Shown here: one piece after another, positions 9,500-18,208 of the stretch
Layout of the letters: each line of letters starts with the position of its first letter
Numbering within the stretch: position 1 is the stretch's first letter
Source of the DNA: Nitrosopumilus sp.
GTDB taxonomy: Archaea; Thermoproteota; Nitrososphaeria; Nitrososphaerales; Nitrosopumilaceae
Direction: 5' to 3'
Assembly: GCA_965204345.1 (NCBI GenBank)
Contig: OZ241981.1
Coordinates: forward strand, 64,001-128,000
DNA: 64,000 nt
The notes under the pieces: model-generated
The model's input: only the letters and a program-made list of their open reading frames with translations
Databases searched by the model: none
What the model was told of the DNA's origin: nothing
Made by a program: the position numbers and the translations under genes

Positions 9500-10189
9500 T
9501 TGTTTATTCAAATTTCCAAGATAAAGAAAAAATATAATATCTTTACTAATAACATGCAAATGATTATGAGATCTAATTTACAAAATGATACTGGCCTAAA
9601 AATTCACAATAAAATAATTTTACAATTTTTTAAAGATTGTAAAGATAAAAAATTGTTATCCAATACAATAAAACCACAACAGAATAATACTATATGTACT
9701 CGTTGGGATATATCTAAGTTAACCGATCAAGCAATTCAAAAAATACGTAAACATAGGATTGATTTAAAAAACAATGAAAAAACACAATTTCTAAGTGATA
9801 AAGAACATGATGCCTTACAGTTTTCTCGCTGTGTGTCTTTTTTGAGAGACACTACCGAAGATTTGAAAATTTCATTACAGTTAATTATTGATCCATCACA
9901 AGTAAAATCATGTACTGAGCTTGGAAAATACCTTAACGAAATTTATAATAAACTAGGTTATAATGACGACAAGAAATCCAAAATGAATCGTGCCTTTCAA
10001 AAAGATCTCAGAAATGCATTAAGTCATAACAATTATTCGTATAAATGTGATAAAAACCATGTAAAGAGCATAACATGGCAAGATCATAATCAAAAACACA
10101 CATGGAATCAAGTGGAATTGTCCAAATCCATCTCAAAGATAATTTGCATAAATGGACTAATTGGCAAAATAATTAATGGGAAATTCTGA
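9500..10189 (+). CDS. Hypothetical protein with RxxxxH (HEPN-like) motif
   Basis: AT-rich 229-aa ORF directly downstream of hsdS copy 1, with DLRNALSHNNY in a helical context. The true start may be ATG 9554 or 9560. Confidence 0.55.
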   Translation: MFIQISKIKKKYNIFTNNMQMIMRSNLQNDTGLKIHNKIILQFFKDCKDKKLLSNTIKPQQNNTICTRWDISKLTDQAIQKIRKHRIDLKNNEKTQFLSDKEHDALQFSRCVSFLRDTTEDLKISLQLIIDPSQVKSCTELGKYLNEIYNKLGYNDDKKSKMNRAFQKDLRNALSHNNYSYKCDKNHVKSITWQDHNQKHTWNQVELSKSISKIICINGLIGKIINGKF

Positions 10190-10197
10190 TACCGTGC

Positions 10198-11697
10198 TTA
10201 TTTTGGGATTTCCTTGTTGATAATGTCTTTTATATCTTCAAATGACTTGATCATGCCCTTTCTTAGATCAATAAACTGATCAATTAATTTGTCTGGTGGC
10301 AGAACAATTGTTTCAATTACATCTGTTGGATTGTTGGAGTCAAGATTGAAATCCTGAATGTCTTTAACATTAATTTTCCATGCATTTTCATTTGATGTCT
10401 TCTTTTTGAACCATTTTTCAATCTCTGCAAAGTCGTCATATGCGATTGGGTTTGACTTTGTATATTTGGGATTCTTTGCACGAGTTACTCCACGCAATCG
10501 TTCGGCTACCTTCATTTGATAATACCAAATTTCTTTGGTTGGTCCTGTCTTGTCAAAAAACAGTATGTTTGTTGCAATTGATGTGTAAGGCTCAAAAACA
10601 GTTTTGGGCAGCCTAATTATCGTATGCAAGTTAAATTCTTCAAGAAGTTTTTTCTTGATTTTAGAGGCAACGCCTCCTGCAAACATTGGACCATCTGGAA
10701 GAATAATTCCACACCGTCCTCCTTCTTTTAGAGAATACATGATGTATAACAAGAATGAAAGAGCAGTATCTGATGTCTGCATTCCTACAGGTAGATTGGA
10801 TGAAATTCCTTCCTCCTCTTCCCCCCCAAATGGTGGATTCGTTATGATAAGATCATACTGGTCATTTTGAGAAATTTCTCTCAGAGGATTAACAAGTGTG
10901 TTTGCTCTGATAATGTTTGGTTTGTCTACCTCATGAAGAAGCATATTCATCATTCCTAAAAGATAAGGCATGGATTTTTTCTCGATCCCAAATAATGTGT
11001 TTGTAGTTAGTTTCTTCAAATCTCCTTTTGTTTTTTGTTCATGTCTTAGAAACTCCAAAGATTCTACCAAAAATCCACCTGTACCACATGCAGGATCTAA
11101 TATCTTTTCAGATTTTTTTAGACTAGGGTTGATTTGATTTACAATAAACCGAATTACAGGTCTTGGTGTGTAAAATTCTCCACTATTTCCTGCGGCATCT
11201 CTCATCTCAATTAACATATCTTCATAGAGTTTTGCCATGGTGTGAATGTCATCAGTATTGATAAAATTTACCTTATCTATCAGATTAATAATCTGTCTGA
11301 GGAGGTATCCACTGAGTATTCTATTGTTTAATTCTTTAAAGATCGTTGCAATGACATCTCTTTGTTCAAAACCTTTATCACCTGTCAGTTTTGAGAGTTT
11401 TGGAAATAATTTATTATTTACAAATGAGATTAGATCAGGACCTGTTAAAACCTTGACAGTACGTCCTTTCTTATCTTTTTCTGCTGCCCAATCCTGCCAT
11501 CGTAATCCCTTTGGTATTGCCTCCACATATTTTCTATTTAGAGCAGCCCTCTCTCTTTCAAAATCATCAAAACTCTTTAGGAATAAAATCCATGCAATTT
11601 GAGGAATTCTATCAACATCAGTATTAAGACCTGCATCTTTTCTCATTAGATCTCTTGCAGATTTTATTATAGAACGAAGTGAATGTGCATCCATCAT
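10198..11697 (-). CDS. hsdM: Type I RM methyltransferase subunit HsdM (N6-adenine)
   Basis: GEFYTPR, DPACGTGGF (motif I), NPPF (motif IV), N-terminal RDLMRKDAG. Confidence 0.97.
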   Translation of the reverse strand: MMDAHSLRSIIKSARDLMRKDAGLNTDVDRIPQIAWILFLKSFDDFERERAALNRKYVEAIPKGLRWQDWAAEKDKKGRTVKVLTGPDLISFVNNKLFPKLSKLTGDKGFEQRDVIATIFKELNNRILSGYLLRQIINLIDKVNFINTDDIHTMAKLYEDMLIEMRDAAGNSGEFYTPRPVIRFIVNQINPSLKKSEKILDPACGTGGFLVESLEFLRHEQKTKGDLKKLTTNTLFGIEKKSMPYLLGMMNMLLHEVDKPNIIRANTLVNPLREISQNDQYDLIITNPPFGGEEEEGISSNLPVGMQTSDTALSFLLYIMYSLKEGGRCGIILPDGPMFAGGVASKIKKKLLEEFNLHTIIRLPKTVFEPYTSIATNILFFDKTGPTKEIWYYQMKVAERLRGVTRAKNPKYTKSNPIAYDDFAEIEKWFKKKTSNENAWKINVKDIQDFNLDSNNPTDVIETIVLPPDKLIDQFIDLRKGMIKSFEDIKDIINKEIPK

Positions 11698-11728
11698 TAC
11701 TCATAATCGTATCGACATTAAATATGAT

Positions 11729-14095
11729 TCAGTTGTCTCTATACAATTCCTTTGTTAATTGTATTATTGCACCATCATATTCATCACCATCTTTGAATCT
11801 GTGATTGATGATTTCAGTAGGGCCTCCAAACTGTTTGAATTTTGGCAATTTCAAAACTCCTCTTTCCTCCAACTCTTGATACCCCTCCTCTGCATAATGA
11901 TCCAATATCACCTCTAGAACTTCTCGTGCTTTGTTCGGATATTTCTCCAAAAATGCCTTTTTATGTACAGAATTGATCCTCTCTAATCGAGTTTTTGCAT
12001 CTGCATTAAATGCAAAATGTAAGAGCATATCAAATGAATCAATCTTAGCCATCTGAGTGATTTCTTTAAGATGTGAAAAACTAACGCCTCTCTCTTCTAG
12101 TTGCTTTACAAAATGCTGTCTTTTTTCAGGATCTGTCCATATCTTGTATAGTTTTGTTTGTTCATCATTTACTAGACGGCGAACAGTCTCTCCAGTATAA
12201 TCTTGATAAGAAATAAGCCTATTCTGATTAATTGATTGATCAAAAATTAAAACCGATTCACCACGAATTTCTACTTTTTTTCCATTTATGTGATATGTTT
12301 TAATTGTTTGTGATTCTTGTTCTTCTTCTGCTTTATCTTCTAGTGCCTCTTTTACTGCATTTCTTCTTTTCTCTTCTGCACGTTCTAAGATTTTTTTTTC
12401 TTTTTCTTTAGTAATTATTTCTTGTTCTTCTTCAGTTTCTGCAATTGCAGGACCATCCCATTCTACATCCTCAAACAATCTACTAGTTTTTCTATAATCT
12501 ATAATTGAAAACCACATCTTATCTTTTGGTTCATAGACACGGGTACCTCTACCAATAATTTGTTTGAATTCAGTCATGGAATTAATGCTCTTATCTAATG
12601 CAATTATCTTGCATGTTGGAACATCTACGCCTGTTGACATTAATCTAGATGTAACTGCAACAATTGGAAAATCTTTGTTTGGTTCCTGGAATTGATCCAA
12701 GTATTCTCGTCCTATTTCACCTTCAGCAGAAACTATTCTGACACAATAGTCATGTCTTTCTCCAGAATAATTTCGAATTAGTTTAGTCATTGCTTGTGCA
12801 TGTTCTGAGTTTTGACAAAATAAAATCGTCTTGTTATATTTTTGATTATTTTTCTCCAAAAAATCTACAAGGTGTTTTGCTACGGTCTTTCGTCTCTCAT
12901 CAACAATTAAAATTCTGTCAAAATCTTTATAGCTGTATGTTTTGTCATCAAGTATCTTTCCATCTAAATCCGTTTCCCCTGGTTTTGGAATATATCCCGT
13001 CAGATCAATTTCAAGATTAACCCTGTGAATCATGTATGGTGCTAAAAAGCCATCTTCAATTCCTTGTTTTAGACTGTATGTGTATATAGGAATACCAAAA
13101 TAATCATACGTATCTTTATTTTCGTCCTTTCGTTTAGGAGTTGCAGTCATGCCTATGTGAACAGCATCTTTGAAATAATCCAATATCTTTCTCCAGCTCC
13201 CATCCTCATTGGAGCTTCCTCTGTGACATTCATCAATTATTATGTAATCAAAGAAATCTTTTGAATATTGCTTGTACAGCTCACAATCCTCTTTATCTAC
13301 ATCAAGTGCTTGATATAGTGCAAAATACATACTATATGCAGTCTGTGCAACTTTTTGGATCTTGTGTCTTGCTTCACCAAAACCTGCAAATGCATTATTT
13401 TTTGCTTGATCTAACAAAACGGTTCGATCTGCTAAAAATAAAATTTTTGGATGTGGGGTATCTTTTTTCCAGAGTTTTTGTGCAATTTGATAAGATATGA
13501 ATGTCTTGCCAGTTCCAGTCGCAAGATTTAAGAGTACGCGCTTCTTTCCTGCAAGAATTGCTGTTAATGTGGAATGGATTGCAATTTCTTGATAGTACCG
13601 AGGTTCCATGGGAGATCCTCCTGGATCTTTTGAACTTCGATCCAACGACTCTAATATAACATTCATTTGTTTTTTATTAAAATTTATACCTTCTTGGAAT
13701 CTCTCTAGTAATTCTTGAGGTGTTGGAAATTTATCTATTGTTTGTTGTTGTTTTTTGGAAAAGTCATATTCTTCAATTTTCTGTCCATTTGTTGCAAAAG
13801 CAAATTTTAACTCCATTTTTTCAGCATATTTTATTGCCTGACTCATTCCTTCATCATGTGGTTTGTCCCATGCTTTAGCTTCTATTACTGCAATTTTGTA
13901 ATCATCACCCAACTTGAGAATGTAATCAGCTATGATTGGTTGTGCCCTTTTTCCAGTACGGCCATCAGGAGTAATTCTGCCTTCATTAATTTTATATTCC
14001 CTAATGATTTTATCTAATTCCCAACCAGATTCTGCTAGCTTGGGATCAATATGTCTCATACAAGTGGTTGATTCGGACATCTTTTCTTCAGTCAA
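11729..14095 (-). CDS. hsdR: Type I RM restriction subunit HsdR (EcoAI/EcoEI-like)
   Basis: ADY...VIEAK nuclease motif, ATGTGKT, IIIDECHRG, GMTATP, TGVDVP, QIIGRGTR and an EcoEI_R_C-like C-terminus. Confidence 0.97.
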   Translation of the reverse strand: MTEEKMSESTTCMRHIDPKLAESGWELDKIIREYKINEGRITPDGRTGKRAQPIIADYILKLGDDYKIAVIEAKAWDKPHDEGMSQAIKYAEKMELKFAFATNGQKIEEYDFSKKQQQTIDKFPTPQELLERFQEGINFNKKQMNVILESLDRSSKDPGGSPMEPRYYQEIAIHSTLTAILAGKKRVLLNLATGTGKTFISYQIAQKLWKKDTPHPKILFLADRTVLLDQAKNNAFAGFGEARHKIQKVAQTAYSMYFALYQALDVDKEDCELYKQYSKDFFDYIIIDECHRGSSNEDGSWRKILDYFKDAVHIGMTATPKRKDENKDTYDYFGIPIYTYSLKQGIEDGFLAPYMIHRVNLEIDLTGYIPKPGETDLDGKILDDKTYSYKDFDRILIVDERRKTVAKHLVDFLEKNNQKYNKTILFCQNSEHAQAMTKLIRNYSGERHDYCVRIVSAEGEIGREYLDQFQEPNKDFPIVAVTSRLMSTGVDVPTCKIIALDKSINSMTEFKQIIGRGTRVYEPKDKMWFSIIDYRKTSRLFEDVEWDGPAIAETEEEQEIITKEKEKKILERAEEKRRNAVKEALEDKAEEEQESQTIKTYHINGKKVEIRGESVLIFDQSINQNRLISYQDYTGETVRRLVNDEQTKLYKIWTDPEKRQHFVKQLEERGVSFSHLKEITQMAKIDSFDMLLHFAFNADAKTRLERINSVHKKAFLEKYPNKAREVLEVILDHYAEEGYQELEERGVLKLPKFKQFGGPTEIINHRFKDGDEYDGAIIQLTKELYRDN

Positions 14096-14535
14096 TTTTC
14101 AACATAAAATTTTCAACATATTTCTAGATAAATGTTCTTTTTGAAAAATCAAATATTTTAGAATAAAATCAAGATTTGAATCTGCGAAATATTTTTGAGA
14201 ACTGATCTATTATACAGCTAACCATAGTGTGTTTATATCAGATCAAGAATAGGTGTGACTCTGAAAATATCTGGAATTTCTTGTATGGTGTAACAAGCAT
14301 TAGCTTGAACTCCTCTGTACAGACTGATTTTCACCTCCAATCATAACATTAACAAGTATTTACTTGTTGGACAGTAACGCAAAATATGCAAAATGAGAGA
14401 TGTTCATTAGATCTACAATTGTGGTACTTCGCACTATTGGATCTTTGGTTTTTATTTAGATTAGGACATATCTAGACAACTGATTACAAAATAGATTCAA
14501 TCTTAACAATTATTAGAAAAAATAAGAAAATTTCA

Positions 14536-15075
14536 CTAGATACATCTTACCTTGATATCAAATAATGCAGAATTTACTTCTGCAATGGTTTTTGCCCCTG
14601 CAATAACTCCTTTTCCTGATGCAAACAAAAGTGCTACACAGCTATCTTGAATTCTATATATCAAACCGGGAAATTGTTCTGGTTCATACATACTTTTTGG
14701 TAATATTCTTACAAGTTTTTCTATTGGCAAATTTTGTTTTAAATCGAATCGCGCTACAATATTTTGCACTTTGGGAGTAATTTTAATGAGTTTTGCAAGA
14801 TTATAATTATCCAGTATTTTTATTGCTTTTTTTAATTCTTTTTTAGATTGTGCAGGATTCTTTGTTCCAACTGAAATAAGTTTTCCATTTCCAAATACAG
14901 TAACTCGTCCAACCATCAAATCATCTTTTACATACCTACACCTGTATAAAGCAATATTTGAGCTGAGAAAGGGATATTTGTTAAAAGAAGCAATATCTAT
15001 TTTCTGTTTAAGATCTGCTGTAGTTACAGTGTTTTGAATTTTAATTCCTGCTACAAGCTTTGACTCTTTTTGCAT
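14536..15075 (-). CDS. Divergent TATA-box-binding protein paralog
   Basis: Two-repeat TBP architecture: IQNTVTTADL...VFGNGKLISVGTK and VQNIVARFDL...YEPEQFPGLIYRI...LLFASGKGVIAGAK. Repeat 1 lacks the YxPExFPG motif. Confidence 0.9.
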   Translation of the reverse strand: MQKESKLVAGIKIQNTVTTADLKQKIDIASFNKYPFLSSNIALYRCRYVKDDLMVGRVTVFGNGKLISVGTKNPAQSKKELKKAIKILDNYNLAKLIKITPKVQNIVARFDLKQNLPIEKLVRILPKSMYEPEQFPGLIYRIQDSCVALLFASGKGVIAGAKTIAEVNSALFDIKVRCI

Positions 15076-15086
15076 TAAAATTCATG

Positions 15087-16346
15087 TTACCCTATCGCAT
15101 TAAAAATGAATGTATTATTCACATATGTGATTTTTTGTTTGATTAAATATAATATCTGCTTTACATCAATCTTGTCAAAGATTGATTCAATTTTGGATAC
15201 GATGCGTTTTTGTTCGTTGAAAGGCGATAGTAAGACAGGAATAGTTTTCATTGCTGTCTGATTAAGTTTCAATCGTGTTGTCCCAGTTACATATCCATGA
15301 TAATTCACCTGATTCAAATAGTGGCAAAGAAATTTGTTGATCAATAATCCAGATATTCCTTTAAGAACATGAGCATGATTATTAACCCAACTTTTTCCAT
15401 TAACAATGTAGGCTTTGTTTTTGAAAGTTTCAAAAAATGGTGCACCGTCTTCTCCCAACAAAACCAATTCTTCATCAAAAATATAATCATCAATCAAGCC
15501 AACTTGACCAGTAGCACCATAATATGGAATATTTCCAGTACGATTTTTCCGTTCACTAGAATTTACTGGTATTCTTTTTCTGTCCCAAATTTCTACAATA
15601 TCTTCCAAATTGATCTTAATCCAACCTTCTGGAAGATTCTCTTTCTCAAAAATCAACTCTTTCTCAGAACTCTTATGCAATCTCCTCAAAAGCATCTCTG
15701 CTGGCTCATCAGCTGGATCCTGTGAAACCAGCTTGCCCTCAAAGGCCTGCTTGAGCACGCTACTTCTTAGCATCCCCAGGCTGCCAGAAGATGACTTTAT
15801 TTGAGATGCAAGTGCCTCCAGCTTGTTTTGTGCCGCATCAATCTGTGTGAAGATTGATTCGATTTTTGTAACGATGCGTTTTTGTTCGTTAAGTGGGGGG
15901 AGAGGAATTGAATATATTGCCAGCTTTTCATATTTTATTCGAGGGTGTTGAACTCCTGTCATATTTCTATTAGCAAAACGTACAACCTGACTGGTAGATA
16001 AAAATAACATAATGTATTTGCTAACCAGATTGTCATTTTGTTGGAAAACCAATATGTCTGTGGAACACACTCCGTTAAAATCTGGAATTGCTACTTTGTT
16101 TAGATATGGACGTAATTTTCCATAAAGAATATCTCCCTTACTAAAGACATTTTTTGTGCTCTTTGTATCTTTTGAATTGGCCTTTCCAATAATTTTTCTT
16201 GAATTACTTTCTATGTGTTCTAATCCCACAAAAGGTTGATTTTTCTCATTCTTTGGATCAAATTTTCTTTTTGATTGATTCAGAACATTCAGTAAATCTG
16301 TTCTAATCCACCCTTCTGGAAGATGCTCTTTCTCAAAAATCAACAT
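15087..16346 (-). CDS. hsdS: Type I RM specificity subunit HsdS, copy 2 (TRD-C + TRD-D, C-terminal conserved region missing)
   Basis: LPEGW twice, IPLPPLNEQKRIV, central AFEGKLVSQDPADEPA. After IDVKQ the sequence becomes unrelated (ILYLIKQKITYVNNTFIFNAIG*). Confidence 0.9.
   Translation of the reverse strand: MLIFEKEHLPEGWIRTDLLNVLNQSKRKFDPKNEKNQPFVGLEHIESNSRKIIGKANSKDTKSTKNVFSKGDILYGKLRPYLNKVAIPDFNGVCSTDILVFQQNDNLVSKYIMLFLSTSQVVRFANRNMTGVQHPRIKYEKLAIYSIPLPPLNEQKRIVTKIESIFTQIDAAQNKLEALASQIKSSSGSLGMLRSSVLKQAFEGKLVSQDPADEPAEMLLRRLHKSSEKELIFEKENLPEGWIKINLEDIVEIWDRKRIPVNSSERKNRTGNIPYYGATGQVGLIDDYIFDEELVLLGEDGAPFFETFKNKAYIVNGKSWVNNHAHVLKGISGLLINKFLCHYLNQVNYHGYVTGTTRLKLNQTAMKTIPVLLSPFNEQKRIVSKIESIFDKIDVKQILYLIKQKITYVNNTFIFNAIG
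15160..15220 (-). repeat. hsdS inverted repeat R3, right copy
   Basis: Reverse complement matches 9233-9293 at 55/61; similarity ends where hsdS copy 2 loses homology. Confidence 0.9.
15618..15657 (-). repeat. hsdS repeat R1, internal copy (40-bp direct repeat with 16305-16344)
   Basis: 38/40 identical to 16305-16344; encodes LIFEKENLPEGWI. Confidence 0.9.
15835..15908 (-). repeat. hsdS inverted repeat R2, right copy
   Basis: 73/74 match to 8593-8666. Confidence 0.95.
16305..16344 (-). repeat. hsdS repeat R1, 5' copy
   Basis: Encodes LIFEKEHLPEGWI at the start of hsdS copy 2. Confidence 0.9.
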
Positions 16347-16559
16347 ATCAATTCTTTGTTTCTTTAATTTAAATTAGTCAAGTAACAGTTAAAGTGAAAA
16401 ATAGAATTTTATAAATCATAACAAATGAATCTCCTGCAATTGTTGCAAAGCTTTGAAATTATTGTACTATACTCCAAGGAGATTGTCATTGTGACATAAA
16501 CGTACTTTGTCTTTTCTTCAGATATTATAGTTAATGGTTTTATCTAGTTTATTAGCCAT

Positions 16560-17486
16560 TTAGATCTCTATTTTATACATGACTTTTTTGAATTCCCTAA
16601 AGAGATCTTCTAGGGTAGGCGTCAGATATACATGATCAAGACCATTTTTGTGACCCATTAGCTTTTCTGCAATGTTATAGTTTACTGAATTGTCCAGTTT
16701 TAAGACAGTATTGTATCGCTTTCTAAAACCATGATCTGCTTGGACGTCAAAACGATTTTTTGATTTTATTCTTTTCAGGTTACTTTTCTGAATTATTCTA
16801 TAAATTGCAGAACGAACGCCGTTCCAACCTAATTGTTTTGGAAGGAATTTGGTTGTTGCAAATATGGGAGTATCTTTGTAAAATATTTCTCCTTGATTTT
16901 TACGATATTCATGATAAGCTTTCAATGCCTTGGTTGCTTGTGGTGTAAGAAATGCCCAATACTCCTCAACATGTCCCGCATAAAGCAATATGCCAGTGCA
17001 ACCATATGACATCTTCATCATGTGTTTTATGGATAAATCGTGATCAAAAACTCCCACCCTTGCTCCTGTTGAACTAAAAAAGTACACCAAAGCTTTGTTC
17101 CTAAGGCTTGTTGTGTTGGATAATAATTTCTTGATTTCTTTTGTCGTATATGCCCTCAAGCTTTGCGTTTTTTGCTTTTGTGGGAACATTTTGTTTATGA
17201 TGTTCCAGTTAAGATTAATCTCATTCATTATACAGAAATGCTTTATGCCCTGAAACTTTGATGGGATAGAATTGGGGTTTGTAGTACGCTTTAGCTCGAT
17301 TAAATAATTCTCAAGATTATACTGCAAGTCTGTATTTGGAATACTTGTTAGTTGATTTTGGGATGTAATGTTTGCAAAATTTAAAAAAGAGTTAAGATGT
17401 GATGTATAATTCTTTTTTGTGTATTTTGATTTTATCGACTCTTCAAATAATAATGAACATCGATGTTTAGTTATTAAATTACTCAT
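16560..17486 (-). CDS. Tyrosine recombinase/integrase (Xer-like), intact
   Basis: Catalytic residues present: STGARVG (R), HGFRKR (HxxR), LMGH (H) and HVY (Y). Confidence 0.93.
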   Translation of the reverse strand: MSNLITKHRCSLLFEESIKSKYTKKNYTSHLNSFLNFANITSQNQLTSIPNTDLQYNLENYLIELKRTTNPNSIPSKFQGIKHFCIMNEINLNWNIINKMFPQKQKTQSLRAYTTKEIKKLLSNTTSLRNKALVYFFSSTGARVGVFDHDLSIKHMMKMSYGCTGILLYAGHVEEYWAFLTPQATKALKAYHEYRKNQGEIFYKDTPIFATTKFLPKQLGWNGVRSAIYRIIQKSNLKRIKSKNRFDVQADHGFRKRYNTVLKLDNSVNYNIAEKLMGHKNGLDHVYLTPTLEDLFREFKKVMYKIEI

Positions 17487-18208
17487 GTATTATTTTATTG
17501 TAAAATATTTATTTTTGTACATATGTTTATGAAATTAGAGCATCTTAATTTTTAGGATCATAATACTTTATCAAGATTGTTTTATATTCCCAGCATAAAA
17601 TCACAAACAGATTATTCTCTGATGATTTGGCATCTTGTAATATTTCCAAAATTGTTCCCATCTTTAAGATATGATTGCCTGCAGCTCATAATTAGTCATA
17701 CTGATAAAAAATATCGTTAGATTTACGTATGGAATTAAGGTCCAGAATGCCAAGTATCAATCTTTGCAGAAGTTAATATAACCTGGTGTAAAATATTGCC
17801 CTACACCTAAAATTATTACTGTAAAAACCAAAGAAAACCCAGAATAGTCTGCATTGGATTCTATTAATGAACTAACTGATGATTTGGACAAAACTTGGTG
17901 TTTCTTAGTTTAACTAAAATCAAATCCTGATTATAAAGACATTAATTTTTTTCCATATCATATGCATATGCCAAAGGGCATCAAAGGTAACTATCTTGCG
18001 CAAATTTGACACTTGCAGATGAATTTGATTACAGTTCATCAAGAAATGCCAATTTTGAATCCATGAACAATTACGTAACGTAATCATCATCTTCTGGGGC
18101 ATGTGTGCGTGCGTTTCTACTCTATCTTTTTTTTCATCATTGGAATTATCTGCTGATCTGCCCTAATCAGAGAGCATAAATCCTAGATTTAAATAAAAAA
18201 ATGAAACG

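Larger units (their letters stand above)
7125..18157. mobile_element. AT-rich defence island: type I RM system with two inverted hsdS genes, tyrosine recombinase, TBP paralog and HEPN-like ORF
   Basis: Visibly more AT-rich than the flanks; integrase remnant on the left and intact integrase on the right; inserted between nreA and the DUF432 gene; ATCTGCTGAT occurs at both edges (7125-7134, 18148-18157). Boundaries are approximate. Confidence 0.7.

Noticed and set aside
17500-18150. Short ORFs upstream of the recombinase, including 17920..18102
   Set aside because: No recognisable motifs and frequent stops; left unannotated.
7100-18200. Provirus or tRNA-targeted integrative element
   Set aside because: No capsid, packaging or replication genes, and no tRNA-like sequence at either edge.
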